A stretch of DNA of 64,000 bases from NCBI GenBank assembly GCA_963727525.1, contig CAVSGO010000006.1:96001-160000 (forward strand), given 5' to 3'. Below are positions 36,824 through 46,269 of the stretch, one piece after another. A program made the translations under genes and the position numbers. Numbering within the stretch: the first letter of the stretch is position 1; each line of letters starts with the position of its first letter. This DNA is from an uncultured bacterium (GTDB lineage: Bacteria; Krumholzibacteriota; Krumholzibacteriia; LZORAL124-64-63). Under the pieces are notes generated by a model, which ran no database searches, had not been told where the DNA came from, and saw only the letters and a program-made list of their open reading frames with translations.

Positions 36824-39598
36824 ATGACCAACCCCCTACGCCTCCACGCGGCCCTATTCGCGAGCGCGCTGGCGCTCGCGGGGCCGTTAGACCTGGCCGA
36901 CGACGCGTCGGCCGGCGAGCCGATGCGCCAGCGCGGCCCATTGCCGGCGTCCAAGAGTCTTACCCATACCGAGGCGCGTTCGATCAACCACGTGCTCGGC
37001 GCACGCCTCGCCGAGGCCGATTGGCCGCAGAAGCTCACCGATGGCGACGACGCCACGGGTCTGGCCGCGGCGCAGATCGCCGTGCGCTATGCCGGTGCCG
37101 CCGAGTGGACGAACGAGATCGAGCTCCGCTACCGTGGGGAGGGCACGGTGGTCGTCGATCTTCTGCGTCCGCACGAGAAGTGGATCTACGATGCCACCCG
37201 CATCGCTCTGCCGGCGTCCAGCGAGTGGGCCACCACGGTGATCGCCGTCGCCCCGGATCGTTACCAGGGCGTCACGCTGCATCTCGAGAGCAACCCGAAT
37301 CGCCCCGTGCCCGAGGTGTCCGAGCTGGGCGCCTACTGGTTCGAGGAAGAACTCATGCGCGACGCGGCCGAGACCGCGGACGAGTGGTGCGAGGATTACC
37401 CTGGCTCCGGCAACGACCTCTCCACGCCGAATGAGACCGCCCAGCGTTTCAGCGACTATCTCCGCGACCACGGCTGGACCTGGAAGTTCGACTACGGCAA
37501 CGGTCTGGCCTGGGAGCAGGACTTCAAGCGCCAGGACCTCGGCGGGACCAACAACAGCTATGCCGATGCCACCGACGCCATCATCTACTGCGGGCACGGC
37601 ACGACCAATGCCACCTTCATGGCCGACACCTCGCACGACGACTCGGCCATCTCGTCGTCCGACATCGACGGCGCCTGGGGCGACCTCGACCTCGAGTGGG
37701 CCTGGTTCCACTGCTGCCTCAACCTGAGCAGCACGTCCTGGCACCATGCCCTCAACGGCGCCCACACCATCTCGGGCGCGATCAACGTCATCAATGGATC
37801 GAGCAACTGGGGCAAGACGATCGCGCAGAAGCTCATCGACAACGGGATCTTCGATTCCGCGTGGAGCATCTACTCCGCGTGGTGGCACTCGAACGACACC
37901 AATCAGCCTGCGGGCAACCAGTTCCGGCTGCTTGCCGAGGACCAGGGGCACTACAACGAGCACATCTGGGGGCAGGGCACCGTGCTGGCCGACAGCCCCG
38001 ACGCCACGCACTGGACCGTGTCTCACACCGTGAGCAAGGCCGCCGGCGGCAGTGACGTCTTCGACCCCGAAGCCGCGCAACCCACCAGCGACGCGATCGA
38101 CTGGCGCGCACCGCCAAGCCTGGGCGATCCGGCGCAGCCGGCGCTCAAGGTGCGTGTGCACCCGGAGGTGCTGCAGAAGGCGCTGCCGCAGTCGGCGTAC
38201 ATGCTCGACGTCTTGCCCTCGGGCCTGGATGACGGCGTGACGGCGCAGTTCTTCGAGCGTCTGTGCGGCAGCCTCCAGCTCGACTGTGGCGACCTCGCGG
38301 TCGGCCGCGAGGATGCGAGTGGCTACGCGGCGGCGTCGGGGCTGGCGTGCCTGTCGGGCGATATCGCGTCGGGCGGCTGGCAGTTCACGAACGAGGAGCT
38401 GCACATGGTGCCCGAGCACGAACCGGACGGCATCATTTCGCCTGACGAAGCCTCGGAACGCGCGCTCAGCTTCCTGTCCGGCCTCGACCTTCTCCCGCAG
38501 GGGAACTTCTTCGCCGGCGTGCGCACTCTCGAAGCGGCGGAGATCGGCGCCGACGACGAGATCATCCAGTCGTTCCCCTTCGCCTTCGACGTGGTGGTCG
38601 GCCACACGTTCGGTCCGCAGGGCGAGGCCTTGCCCGTGGTCGGCGCGGGCGGCCGCACGCATGTGTCGGTGGGGCCCGACGGTTCGATCCAGGCCTTCAA
38701 CCAGGTGAGCCGTCAGACTCAGCCGCGGTCGGCGGTGGACGTGATCAGCGTGGCGTCGGCCCTCGATCAACTCGCGGCCTTCGGCTACCTCTCGCTGCAG
38801 ACGGCGCCGGAATTCGCCGCCCACACCGTCGAGGTACGCGATGCCAACCTGGGTTACTTCGAGCGCTCTATCGGCGACCCGCAGCAGACGATAGGGCCCG
38901 TGTACTACCTGGACGTCGACCTCATCGGCGATGATCCACAGCGCGACGGCGCCCAGATCAGCGTGGCGGGCCGCATCTACATGGCGGCCGACACCATGCC
39001 GGTGCACTCGCATATCCTGGCGCCGGGCGATGGGCAGAGCTTCGAATACGGTCAGAACATCGCCTTCCGCGGCGACGCCAGCGACGGCACGCCGCCTTAT
39101 CAGTACCGCTGGTACTCGGATCTGCACGGGCTGCTCTCGGCGCAGCAGAACTTCAGCACCGATCAGCTCAATCCTGGCTTCCGCGAGGACGGCTCGCCGG
39201 CGCCCATCACGATCGAGCTGCGTGTGACCGATGCCAACGGCTACGAGGCGACCGACCAGATCGCCATCGTGATCACCGGTATCGTGGGCGTGGAGGACAT
39301 CCCCGCCGCATTCGCGCTCGCGCCGAACCGCCCGAACCCCTTCAACCCGCGCACGACGATCTCCTTCGCGTTGCCGCAGGCCGGCCACGCGAACCTCCGT
39401 ATCCTCGACCTGCGCGGTCGTCTGGTGCGTACCCTCGTCACGGAAGACCTGCCCGCCGGCCGCCACGCCCGCATCTGGGACGGCACCGACACGAGCGGCC
39501 GCCCCGTGGCGTCGGGCGTCTATCTCTACCGCCTCGACGTGGACGCCCAAGACGGCACCCACTTCACCGAATCCCAGCGGATGACTCTGGTGCGATAG
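36824..39598 (+). CDS. Secreted DUF6345-like multidomain protein with PKD-like and FlgD-like CTD
   Basis: Signal peptide; AWEQDFK...GG.N..YAD..D...YCGHG, WGDLDLEW..FHCC..L; GTPPYQYRWYSD; PNRPNPFNP. Confidence 0.82.
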   Translation: MTNPLRLHAALFASALALAGPLDLADDASAGEPMRQRGPLPASKSLTHTEARSINHVLGARLAEADWPQKLTDGDDATGLAAAQIAVRYAGAAEWTNEIELRYRGEGTVVVDLLRPHEKWIYDATRIALPASSEWATTVIAVAPDRYQGVTLHLESNPNRPVPEVSELGAYWFEEELMRDAAETADEWCEDYPGSGNDLSTPNETAQRFSDYLRDHGWTWKFDYGNGLAWEQDFKRQDLGGTNNSYADATDAIIYCGHGTTNATFMADTSHDDSAISSSDIDGAWGDLDLEWAWFHCCLNLSSTSWHHALNGAHTISGAINVINGSSNWGKTIAQKLIDNGIFDSAWSIYSAWWHSNDTNQPAGNQFRLLAEDQGHYNEHIWGQGTVLADSPDATHWTVSHTVSKAAGGSDVFDPEAAQPTSDAIDWRAPPSLGDPAQPALKVRVHPEVLQKALPQSAYMLDVLPSGLDDGVTAQFFERLCGSLQLDCGDLAVGREDASGYAAASGLACLSGDIASGGWQFTNEELHMVPEHEPDGIISPDEASERALSFLSGLDLLPQGNFFAGVRTLEAAEIGADDEIIQSFPFAFDVVVGHTFGPQGEALPVVGAGGRTHVSVGPDGSIQAFNQVSRQTQPRSAVDVISVASALDQLAAFGYLSLQTAPEFAAHTVEVRDANLGYFERSIGDPQQTIGPVYYLDVDLIGDDPQRDGAQISVAGRIYMAADTMPVHSHILAPGDGQSFEYGQNIAFRGDASDGTPPYQYRWYSDLHGLLSAQQNFSTDQLNPGFREDGSPAPITIELRVTDANGYEATDQIAIVITGIVGVEDIPAAFALAPNRPNPFNPRTTISFALPQAGHANLRILDLRGRLVRTLVTEDLPAGRHARIWDGTDTSGRPVASGVYLYRLDVDAQDGTHFTESQRMTLVR

Positions 39599-39617
39599 CG
39601 CCGGTTCTCCGTCACGG

Positions 39618-39642
39618 CGCCCCGGTCTTCCGGACCGGGGCG
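39618..39642. terminator. GC-rich hairpin after the 36824 gene
   Basis: cgccccggtc / gaccggggcg stem; no clear U tract. Confidence 0.4.
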
Positions 39643-39759
39643 TCCGCGTATCCGCTTTCGTGGTGCCGGCACCATGGGAACCGCCCTGGCTCTTCCGGTG
39701 TTCTTGCGCGATCATCGGCTCGTCAGTCCCGAGTTGCCGTTTCTGCGAAAGGTCCCCCG

Positions 39760-40701
39760 ATGCGCGCCGTCCGCCTGCTCTTCGTTCCGCTCTTCGTGTG
39801 TGCCGCCGCGATCGCCGCCGCCCAGCCACTGGCCAACCAGCCGCCGGCGCCGTCTGCCGGCAAGGCGGTGACGATCATCTATGCCACCGACATCCGCGGC
39901 AAGATCGACCCGTGCGACTGCAAGTATGATCCGCGGGGAGGGCTGCCGCGCATGGCGACGTTCTTCAACGGACTGTGGGACGCGGGGGTGCGGCCGCTCA
40001 CCGTGGATGCGGGCGATCTCTTCGGCGCGCCCGACGCCGCAGACCGCCAGCAGACCCAGTTCCTGTGCCACCAGATCGCGTCGTTCGGGTACGACGCCAT
40101 CGGTCTCGGCGAGAAGGATCTGAACTACGGTCTGCCGTTCCTGAAGGATGTGATCGCGAACGACCACCTGCCCTTCACGAGCGCCAATGTGCACGACGCA
40201 CACACCGGCGAACTCATCCTGCCGGAGTATCTCGTCGTGGAGAAGGAGGGCGTGAAGTTCGGCATCGTCAGCGTGCTCGACCCGCAGCATCCGATCGCTC
40301 CGCTCGGCGGTAGCGGCAGTGACTTCACGGTGGACGATCCGGTGACGGCGTTGCGCGATGTGTTGCCCGCGGTGCGCATGGTGAGCGATACGGTGGTGCT
40401 GCTCAGCCACCTCAGCGAGAACCGCACCCGCGACCTGCTGCGCCAGGTGGACGGCGTGGACATCGCCGTGGGCGGCCACACGAACGCGTCCCTCGAGTCG
40501 GCGCAGTACGTGGGCGACGTGTTGAACCTGTGCGCGGCCTTCGAGAGCCGCTACCTTGGCCGCGCCGACGTGCGCCTCGCCGGGAGCGACGGCCACGTGC
40601 TCTCGGCCGACGTGCATGTGATTCCCCTCGACAACTCGGTGGCCGACGACAAGGAGATGGCCGCCCGCGTGGCTGACTTCAAGGCCCAGCGGGGGATGTG
40701 A
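39760..40701 (+). CDS. 5'-nucleotidase/UshA N-terminal-like metallophosphoesterase with a CxC motif
   Basis: ATDIRGKIDPCDC...GGL.R.AT, VDAGD, YDAIGLGEKD, SANV, LLSH, GGH. Confidence 0.85.
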   Translation: MRAVRLLFVPLFVCAAAIAAAQPLANQPPAPSAGKAVTIIYATDIRGKIDPCDCKYDPRGGLPRMATFFNGLWDAGVRPLTVDAGDLFGAPDAADRQQTQFLCHQIASFGYDAIGLGEKDLNYGLPFLKDVIANDHLPFTSANVHDAHTGELILPEYLVVEKEGVKFGIVSVLDPQHPIAPLGGSGSDFTVDDPVTALRDVLPAVRMVSDTVVLLSHLSENRTRDLLRQVDGVDIAVGGHTNASLESAQYVGDVLNLCAAFESRYLGRADVRLAGSDGHVLSADVHVIPLDNSVADDKEMAARVADFKAQRGM

Positions 40702-42233
40702 GTCAGGTGGCCCGCGGGGGCGGCAAGCCGGCCTGGACACGGTGCCGCCGCGTGCCGGCAATCGGCGCTGCGCTCCTTGCCCTTGCCGGCATCGCCCGCG
40801 GCGCGGCCACTCCGGACCTCACGCCCTATCTCGACGCGGTCATCGCCAGCGATCTCGCGTCCGCGCGCGCGTGCTGGCGGCCGCAGGATCTCGCCGCGTC
40901 CGGCCGGCTGGATATCCACTACGTCGACCAGCCGCTGAAGATCGACGGGGATTCACCACTCTGGTCGCGTCTGGAAGACCTGCGCGCGGGGCGTGTCGTG
41001 GCGACGAGCGAGCCGCCCCGTCCCGACGGTGACGCCACCACGTGTACCCTCGTACTCGGCGATACGCGGTTCGATTACCACTTCGTACGTGCTGGCGACA
41101 CATGGTTGCTCGCCTCGCCGGTCTTGCTCGCGTGCGCACGCGCCATCCCGACGTCGGGGCGGTTCGTGACGGTGTACGCGGCGTCGACGGCGCCGCCGTA
41201 CCAGGTGGCGTTGCTCGACTCTTGCGTCACGGCGATGGCCGACCGACTCGGCATCGATGATGCGCGTCTCACCGAGCTGGAGCGCGCGAAGTTCGGCTAC
41301 CTCCTGACCACGCCGGAGGAGGTGGAACGCCTGGCCGGGGCGCCCACGGTGGGCGTGGCGAACCTGCAAACCGACGTCGTGGTGACGTCGCATCCGTGCC
41401 ACGCGCACGAGCTGGCGCATCTCGTGGTGAATGCCTGGCTGCAGCACCTGCCGCTGTACGCGTCGCCATTGCTGCAGGAAGGTGTGGCGGTGTCGCTGGG
41501 TGGACGGTGGGGACGCCACCCGCGGGTGCTTGATCGCCTGGGCCGCACGACGTTGACCCAGGGCTTCGTGACTCTCGACGAGCTGCTGCCGCGCGCGAAC
41601 TTCTTCGGCCTGGGCGCCGACCTCACGTACGCTCCCGCGGGCGTCTTCGCGAGCTTCGTGCGCGATCGCTTCGGTGCCGGTGGGCTGCGCGCCGCGTATC
41701 TGGCCGTGTCGGGACAGGCAGGTGTGCTGACCGCATGGGCGTCGGACGATGTCGCTCAACGCCTCGCCGCAGCCCTGGGCACGACCTGGGGCGCGCTCGA
41801 TCACGACTTCGCGGCCTTCGTGGCCGAGCCCGTGGACGTGGCGATCCGCCCCGGGGCGACCACGTGCGATGGCGAGATATTGCGCGGGGAACGCCTGCAG
41901 GTGACGCTCGACGCCGGCGGTTGCGTGTGTGTGCGTGCCGACGCGGGAGAGGCGCGCGGCGCGATCCTCTTCGGCGGCGCGTCCGCGTTCTCCGGTGAAA
42001 ACGCCCTGTTCGCCGAGCACTTCCCCGGTCGCCCCTATCATGGCGAGTCCCACGCGCTCGTCTTCACACCGCAGGAGGCCAAGCTCTACGACTACCGCCG
42101 GCAGATGCTCGTCGCCCTGCACGCCGAGGGATTCTGGCCGTCGGACACGTTCGCGGCGGGGAATGGACACGAGCTTCGTGTCACCGTCGATCAGGCGCTG
42201 GTGCCACCCGGCCGCCGCACCCTCGTCGAGTAG
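40698..42233 (+). CDS. Secreted putative gluzincin metallopeptidase
   Basis: Signal peptide; HELAH followed by LQEGVA. Confidence 0.7.
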   Translation: MSQVARGGGKPAWTRCRRVPAIGAALLALAGIARGAATPDLTPYLDAVIASDLASARACWRPQDLAASGRLDIHYVDQPLKIDGDSPLWSRLEDLRAGRVVATSEPPRPDGDATTCTLVLGDTRFDYHFVRAGDTWLLASPVLLACARAIPTSGRFVTVYAASTAPPYQVALLDSCVTAMADRLGIDDARLTELERAKFGYLLTTPEEVERLAGAPTVGVANLQTDVVVTSHPCHAHELAHLVVNAWLQHLPLYASPLLQEGVAVSLGGRWGRHPRVLDRLGRTTLTQGFVTLDELLPRANFFGLGADLTYAPAGVFASFVRDRFGAGGLRAAYLAVSGQAGVLTAWASDDVAQRLAAALGTTWGALDHDFAAFVAEPVDVAIRPGATTCDGEILRGERLQVTLDAGGCVCVRADAGEARGAILFGGASAFSGENALFAEHFPGRPYHGESHALVFTPQEAKLYDYRRQMLVALHAEGFWPSDTFAAGNGHELRVTVDQALVPPGRRTLVE

Positions 42234-42240
42234 ATCGCGG

Positions 42241-43008
42241 TCACCGTCCCAGCACCTCGAGCCGGTAAGGATGGGGTGCGTCTTCGCCCACGGGGCGGCC
42301 GAAAATGTCGCAGGTGGCCAGGCGTCGCAGGGGCGAGCGGGCAAGCACGCGCAGCCATTGCGCCTGCGTGTAGGTGCGCAGGTCGTAGACATGATCGAGG
42401 TGCTCCACGCCGCGGGGTCGGGTGATCATGAGGTGCGAGACCACACGCTCGCGGCGTCCGCGGGACGGCAGGTAGTTGACCACCTGCGTCACCCGCAACG
42501 AGCCGCGGGCGCCGACCCAGGTGTCCTCGTCATCGCCGTTCCAGCCGAAATCCTGGAAGCTCAGGCCTACCACGTACACGCCGCCGCGCACGAGCATGGA
42601 CGCGACCTGGGTGAGGTGAGCGAGCAGGGCCGCGTCGCTCGGCAGGTGGCGCAGCGTGTTCCAGGGGCAGACGGCCAGATCGCAGCGACCGAGGTCGCGC
42701 AGGGTTGCGGCCGGGGCCGCGAGGTCGGCCAGGCGCAATGGGGCATCGGGGCCGAGGCGGCGGCGGGTGTAGTCGATCATGGCCGGCTCCCGGTCGTAGC
42801 CGGCCACCATGCGTCCGCGCCGCGCGGCGCCGCGTAGCAGCCGACCCGTGCCGCAGGCCGGTTCCAGCCAGCGCGTACCCGGGCCGCAGCGCGTTGCATA
42901 CGCACGCTCGATGCGCACGTAGGCATCCAGCTCGTCGGCGGTGCCGGGCAGGGCGAGGATGTCGTAGATGGCGGGCGCGGCGTAGAGACCGCCGCCGGCA
43001 GTGTCCAC
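42241..43008 (-). CDS. Class I SAM-dependent methyltransferase
   Basis: LEPACGTGR, GYD..PAM, NTLRHL, L..GGVY. Confidence 0.88.
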   Translation of the reverse strand: MDTAGGGLYAAPAIYDILALPGTADELDAYVRIERAYATRCGPGTRWLEPACGTGRLLRGAARRGRMVAGYDREPAMIDYTRRRLGPDAPLRLADLAAPAATLRDLGRCDLAVCPWNTLRHLPSDAALLAHLTQVASMLVRGGVYVVGLSFQDFGWNGDDEDTWVGARGSLRVTQVVNYLPSRGRRERVVSHLMITRPRGVEHLDHVYDLRTYTQAQWLRVLARSPLRRLATCDIFGRPVGEDAPHPYRLEVLGR

Positions 43009-44225
43009 TAGAACAGGTAGCGCAGCGTGAACGAAGACACGTTCATCCTGTCCAGCTCGTCGCTACCGGCCTGGATCGCGTCGTAGCCCACCGGCGCCTT
43101 GTCGAAGAGCACCAGGTCGCCGTCGAAGGCGCCGAAGTGTAGACCCAGACCCAGCGTCACAGGTGTGGAGACCGACACGTCCCAGTGGTAGGCGACGTCG
43201 AAGGTGCCGTCGGGGTTGTCGTGACGGAAATACGACTCGTCTGTCTGGCGCACGTACCGCGCGGCCGCTCGCAACGAGAGCCACGGCAGCACGCGAGACT
43301 CGAAGCCCACCTGGGTGCGGACCTGCCAGGTGTCGCGCCAGCCATCGTCGAAGAGCGCGCGCTCGGGATGGCGACTGGTCCAGTCGCGACGGTGGTCGAG
43401 GTATTCCACCGAGATCACGGCCAGATTGTCGGGATCCAGCAGCAGGTTGGCGCCGCCGCCCACACGCACCTGCCAGCCGTCGAGGTCGGCCACGTCGGCC
43501 AGCACGTCCATACGCGTGGGCCGCCGGTCGACCATGTAGTCGATCATGGGCACGATGACGACGCGCTCGCTCGCGCGGACGAAGCCGCGGGCCCGCAAGC
43601 TGCCACCGTCGTGGCTGGACTCCTTGATAGCGATACCGCTGGCGAACTCGTCGTACTCGAACCGGGTCTGCGTGATCTCACCGGCCAGATCGACGTAGGC
43701 CGCCTCGCCGAGATCGAGGCGCAGGCCGAGCCCGTAGTCGTGGAAGTAGAGCGCATCGCCCACGAAGTTCTCGGTCTGGGCCGTGTTGGCGGCCTTGCCG
43801 TACGACGTGCCCCGGAAGAAGAGGCCGGCGTTCACGGCGCCGAAGGCCCGTGCGTAGAGGGCCGAGAAGTAGCCCCCGGGTTCGGGCTCGGGCAGGTCGC
43901 TGCCGAAGTAGACGGCACCGGTGCCCCACTCGCCCTTCTCGTCGAAGCGCAGGTGTACGCCGCCGCCCTGGTGGCTGAGTCGGTCGAGGCCTGCGGGCAG
44001 ATGCGCATCCTGCTTCCACGTGCCGAGCTCGAGCACCACCTCGTCGGCGTAGTCGACGAGGCTGCCGTACCAGCGCAGGACATTGCTGTCGTCCTCGAAG
44101 TAGTCGCCCTGGCCGCCGAGGCTACGGACGCGACTGGTGGTGGCAGCGGCGGGGGCCGCCGTGGCGACCATCAATCCCAGCGCGATGGCGAGGATCGGCA
44201 ACGAGCGCGATCGCAAAGAGGGCAT
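43008..44225 (-). CDS. Outer-membrane beta-barrel protein
   Basis: Signal peptide, N-terminal TTSRVRSLGG...ED..N plug-like start, amphipathic strands, C-terminal beta-signal FTLRYLF. Confidence 0.8.
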   Translation of the reverse strand: MPSLRSRSLPILAIALGLMVATAAPAAATTSRVRSLGGQGDYFEDDSNVLRWYGSLVDYADEVVLELGTWKQDAHLPAGLDRLSHQGGGVHLRFDEKGEWGTGAVYFGSDLPEPEPGGYFSALYARAFGAVNAGLFFRGTSYGKAANTAQTENFVGDALYFHDYGLGLRLDLGEAAYVDLAGEITQTRFEYDEFASGIAIKESSHDGGSLRARGFVRASERVVIVPMIDYMVDRRPTRMDVLADVADLDGWQVRVGGGANLLLDPDNLAVISVEYLDHRRDWTSRHPERALFDDGWRDTWQVRTQVGFESRVLPWLSLRAAARYVRQTDESYFRHDNPDGTFDVAYHWDVSVSTPVTLGLGLHFGAFDGDLVLFDKAPVGYDAIQAGSDELDRMNVSSFTLRYLF

Positions 44226-44235
44226 GAGCGGGGTC

Positions 44236-46035
44236 CTATGGTTCCGGTCGCCAGTAGATGCCCGCGGCGGTGGCGGCGTAGACGCCGCAGCCCGGGCCCG
44301 TCCAGACGGAGGACACGGCCCCGTCGAGGTGCGTGTCGGCGTGCCAGGTCGTTCCGTCGCCATGATAGAGACCAGCTTCGCCGGCCGCCCACAAGTCGTC
44401 AAGGGCTGTGCCGGAAAGGGCGTGGATGGCGCCCGGAATCGTGGCCGTCGGCGTGAGCGCCTCCAGACCTGAATCAGTGAGTTGCCAGAGCGTGTGCGAG
44501 ACGGGATCCGTGGTGGTGGTGTCGACACCCGCGACCACGATGGTGGCTCCGTCCGCAAGCACGGTCACGGCCTCGAAGGTGCGCGGCCCGGCCGCGACCT
44601 GGGTTGCCCAGAAATTCCCGTTGTAGAAGTGGATGGCTCCCGCGCGGTCGAACGCCCAGACCCGATCGCCACCCGTGCCGCAGAGGAGCACGATGTCAGC
44701 GGTGCCCAGGGTCAGCATGGGCTGCCACGCGGCACCGTCGTAGTGCAGGATCAGGCCGCCCGCACCGCCCGCGAAGACGTCGGTGGACCGCGCACCCCAC
44801 ACGGCGGCCAGGTCGGCTCCCGTGCTCGTGGTCTGCGGCTGCCAGGCGCCGACAGGCGTCCGGCGCGCGATGCGTCCCCCGGCACCCACCACGGTGACCA
44901 CGCCTCCGGGTCCGGCCCAGAGCGCCGCGATGGGCACCCCGAGCTGGGGATCCTCGGCCGACCAGGCAGTGCCGTTGTAGCGCAGGACGTGGGTGGTGTC
45001 GGTGGCTCGTCCCACCAGGTTCGTGCAGGTCAGGCCCTGCAGACTCGCGGCGGAGAAGCCCACACCGCTGGAGAACGTGGCCCAGGCGAAGTTCCGGGAG
45101 GGGTCGCGATCGAGGAGCAGGGTGCCGAAATTGCCCGCGGCTACCACCTGGTGGGGGTCCTGGCCCACCATCGCCAGAGCGCGGATCACGCGCCCGGGGC
45201 CCGACCACACGGTGAACAGGCCCGCCGGAGGTGTGCCGGTGGCGATGGAACCGGTGATGCCGAGCGTCAGGCTGTCGGCATCGGCGAGCAGCGACGCGGC
45301 CCGGACGCCGCCGGGCAGGTCGGCCACCCAGTGCCAGCCGGCGTCGTCGCGGCGATATACGGTGGCACCGTCGTCCACCAGGGCCCAGTGGCCATCGCCG
45401 TGCGAGAACGACACGCCGGCGGGTGCGATGTCGGGGACCCAGCCTGCGCCGCCATCCCGGTACACGCCGTCGGGGCCGGCGGCGTAGAGGGTGGCATCCT
45501 CGCCGTCCAGGTCTTGCCACACGGAGGTGAGGTGCACGCTCGGCGGTAGCGCCAGGGGCGACCAGGCACCGCCGACACGGCGCAGCGAGACGCCGTCGCC
45601 GACAACGATCACGACGCCGGAGTCGAGGCACAGGATATCCTCGAGGTCGCGGTCGGTCCCGGTGCTGACGGCCAGCCAGCGCCCGCCGTCGAAATGGAGC
45701 AGCGTCCCGGCGGCGCCCACGGCATAGACGTCGTCGCGGGCGAAGCCGCTGATGGCGCGCAGGTCCGTCCCCAGCGGATTGCGCCAGGTCACCAGGGCCT
45801 GGCCGTCGCTGCGCACGAGCGTGGAACCGCCCGCGGCCCAGATGTCATGGGCGTCGTCGGCCCAGACATCCTGGAAGTCGGTGGTCACTGGCCCGGGGTT
45901 GAGGAGGTTCCACGGACTGGCACCCGGCCGTGGAACCGGATCGGTAGGACTTTCGGCGCAGCTCGCGATGCCGATCGCCAGCGCTCCGAGCGCCGCCGTG
46001 GCGATGGCGAGGCGGAGCCGGCGCAGGTTGGCCAT
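44236..46035 (-). CDS. Lipoprotein with beta-propeller repeats
   Basis: Lipobox IAS-C; repeated L..[VI]WG...DV[YFW]A.G..G..LH[YF]DG..W. Confidence 0.82.
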   Translation of the reverse strand: MANLRRLRLAIATAALGALAIGIASCAESPTDPVPRPGASPWNLLNPGPVTTDFQDVWADDAHDIWAAGGSTLVRSDGQALVTWRNPLGTDLRAISGFARDDVYAVGAAGTLLHFDGGRWLAVSTGTDRDLEDILCLDSGVVIVVGDGVSLRRVGGAWSPLALPPSVHLTSVWQDLDGEDATLYAAGPDGVYRDGGAGWVPDIAPAGVSFSHGDGHWALVDDGATVYRRDDAGWHWVADLPGGVRAASLLADADSLTLGITGSIATGTPPAGLFTVWSGPGRVIRALAMVGQDPHQVVAAGNFGTLLLDRDPSRNFAWATFSSGVGFSAASLQGLTCTNLVGRATDTTHVLRYNGTAWSAEDPQLGVPIAALWAGPGGVVTVVGAGGRIARRTPVGAWQPQTTSTGADLAAVWGARSTDVFAGGAGGLILHYDGAAWQPMLTLGTADIVLLCGTGGDRVWAFDRAGAIHFYNGNFWATQVAAGPRTFEAVTVLADGATIVVAGVDTTTTDPVSHTLWQLTDSGLEALTPTATIPGAIHALSGTALDDLWAAGEAGLYHGDGTTWHADTHLDGAVSSVWTGPGCGVYAATAAGIYWRPEP

Positions 46036-46118
46036 GATCTCCTCGAATCGATGAAACATCTCGCCAGCCTAGCCCAAACGGCGCCTCACCGCCATATGGC
46101 GCATGGCATGGCGGCTTC

Positions 46119-46134
46119 CGGCACGGATCTGGCA
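46119..46134 (+). promoter_or_regulatory. Possible sigma-54 promoter
   Basis: CGGCACGGATCTGGCA has GG-N10-GC spacing upstream of the 46270 gene; weak in a GC-rich genome. Confidence 0.25.
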
Positions 46135-46269
46135 TCGTGAAGCCGGAAGCGTCCAGGAGGACACGCAACGGCCGCCCGGGCAGCGCCCCGGGTGCCTGCC
46201 TGGCCTGAGATTGTTTCCGCGGCAGGAAAGACTTGCCGTAGCTGCCTGGTCCCACCCGAAGGAGTGGCC

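Noticed and set aside
29422-39829. Long antisense ORFs such as 29422-32373 and 36887-39829 (also 21362-23938, 52304-54769, 57384-59435)
   Set aside because: Shadow frames opposite well-supported genes, expected in GC-rich DNA, with no recognisable motifs.
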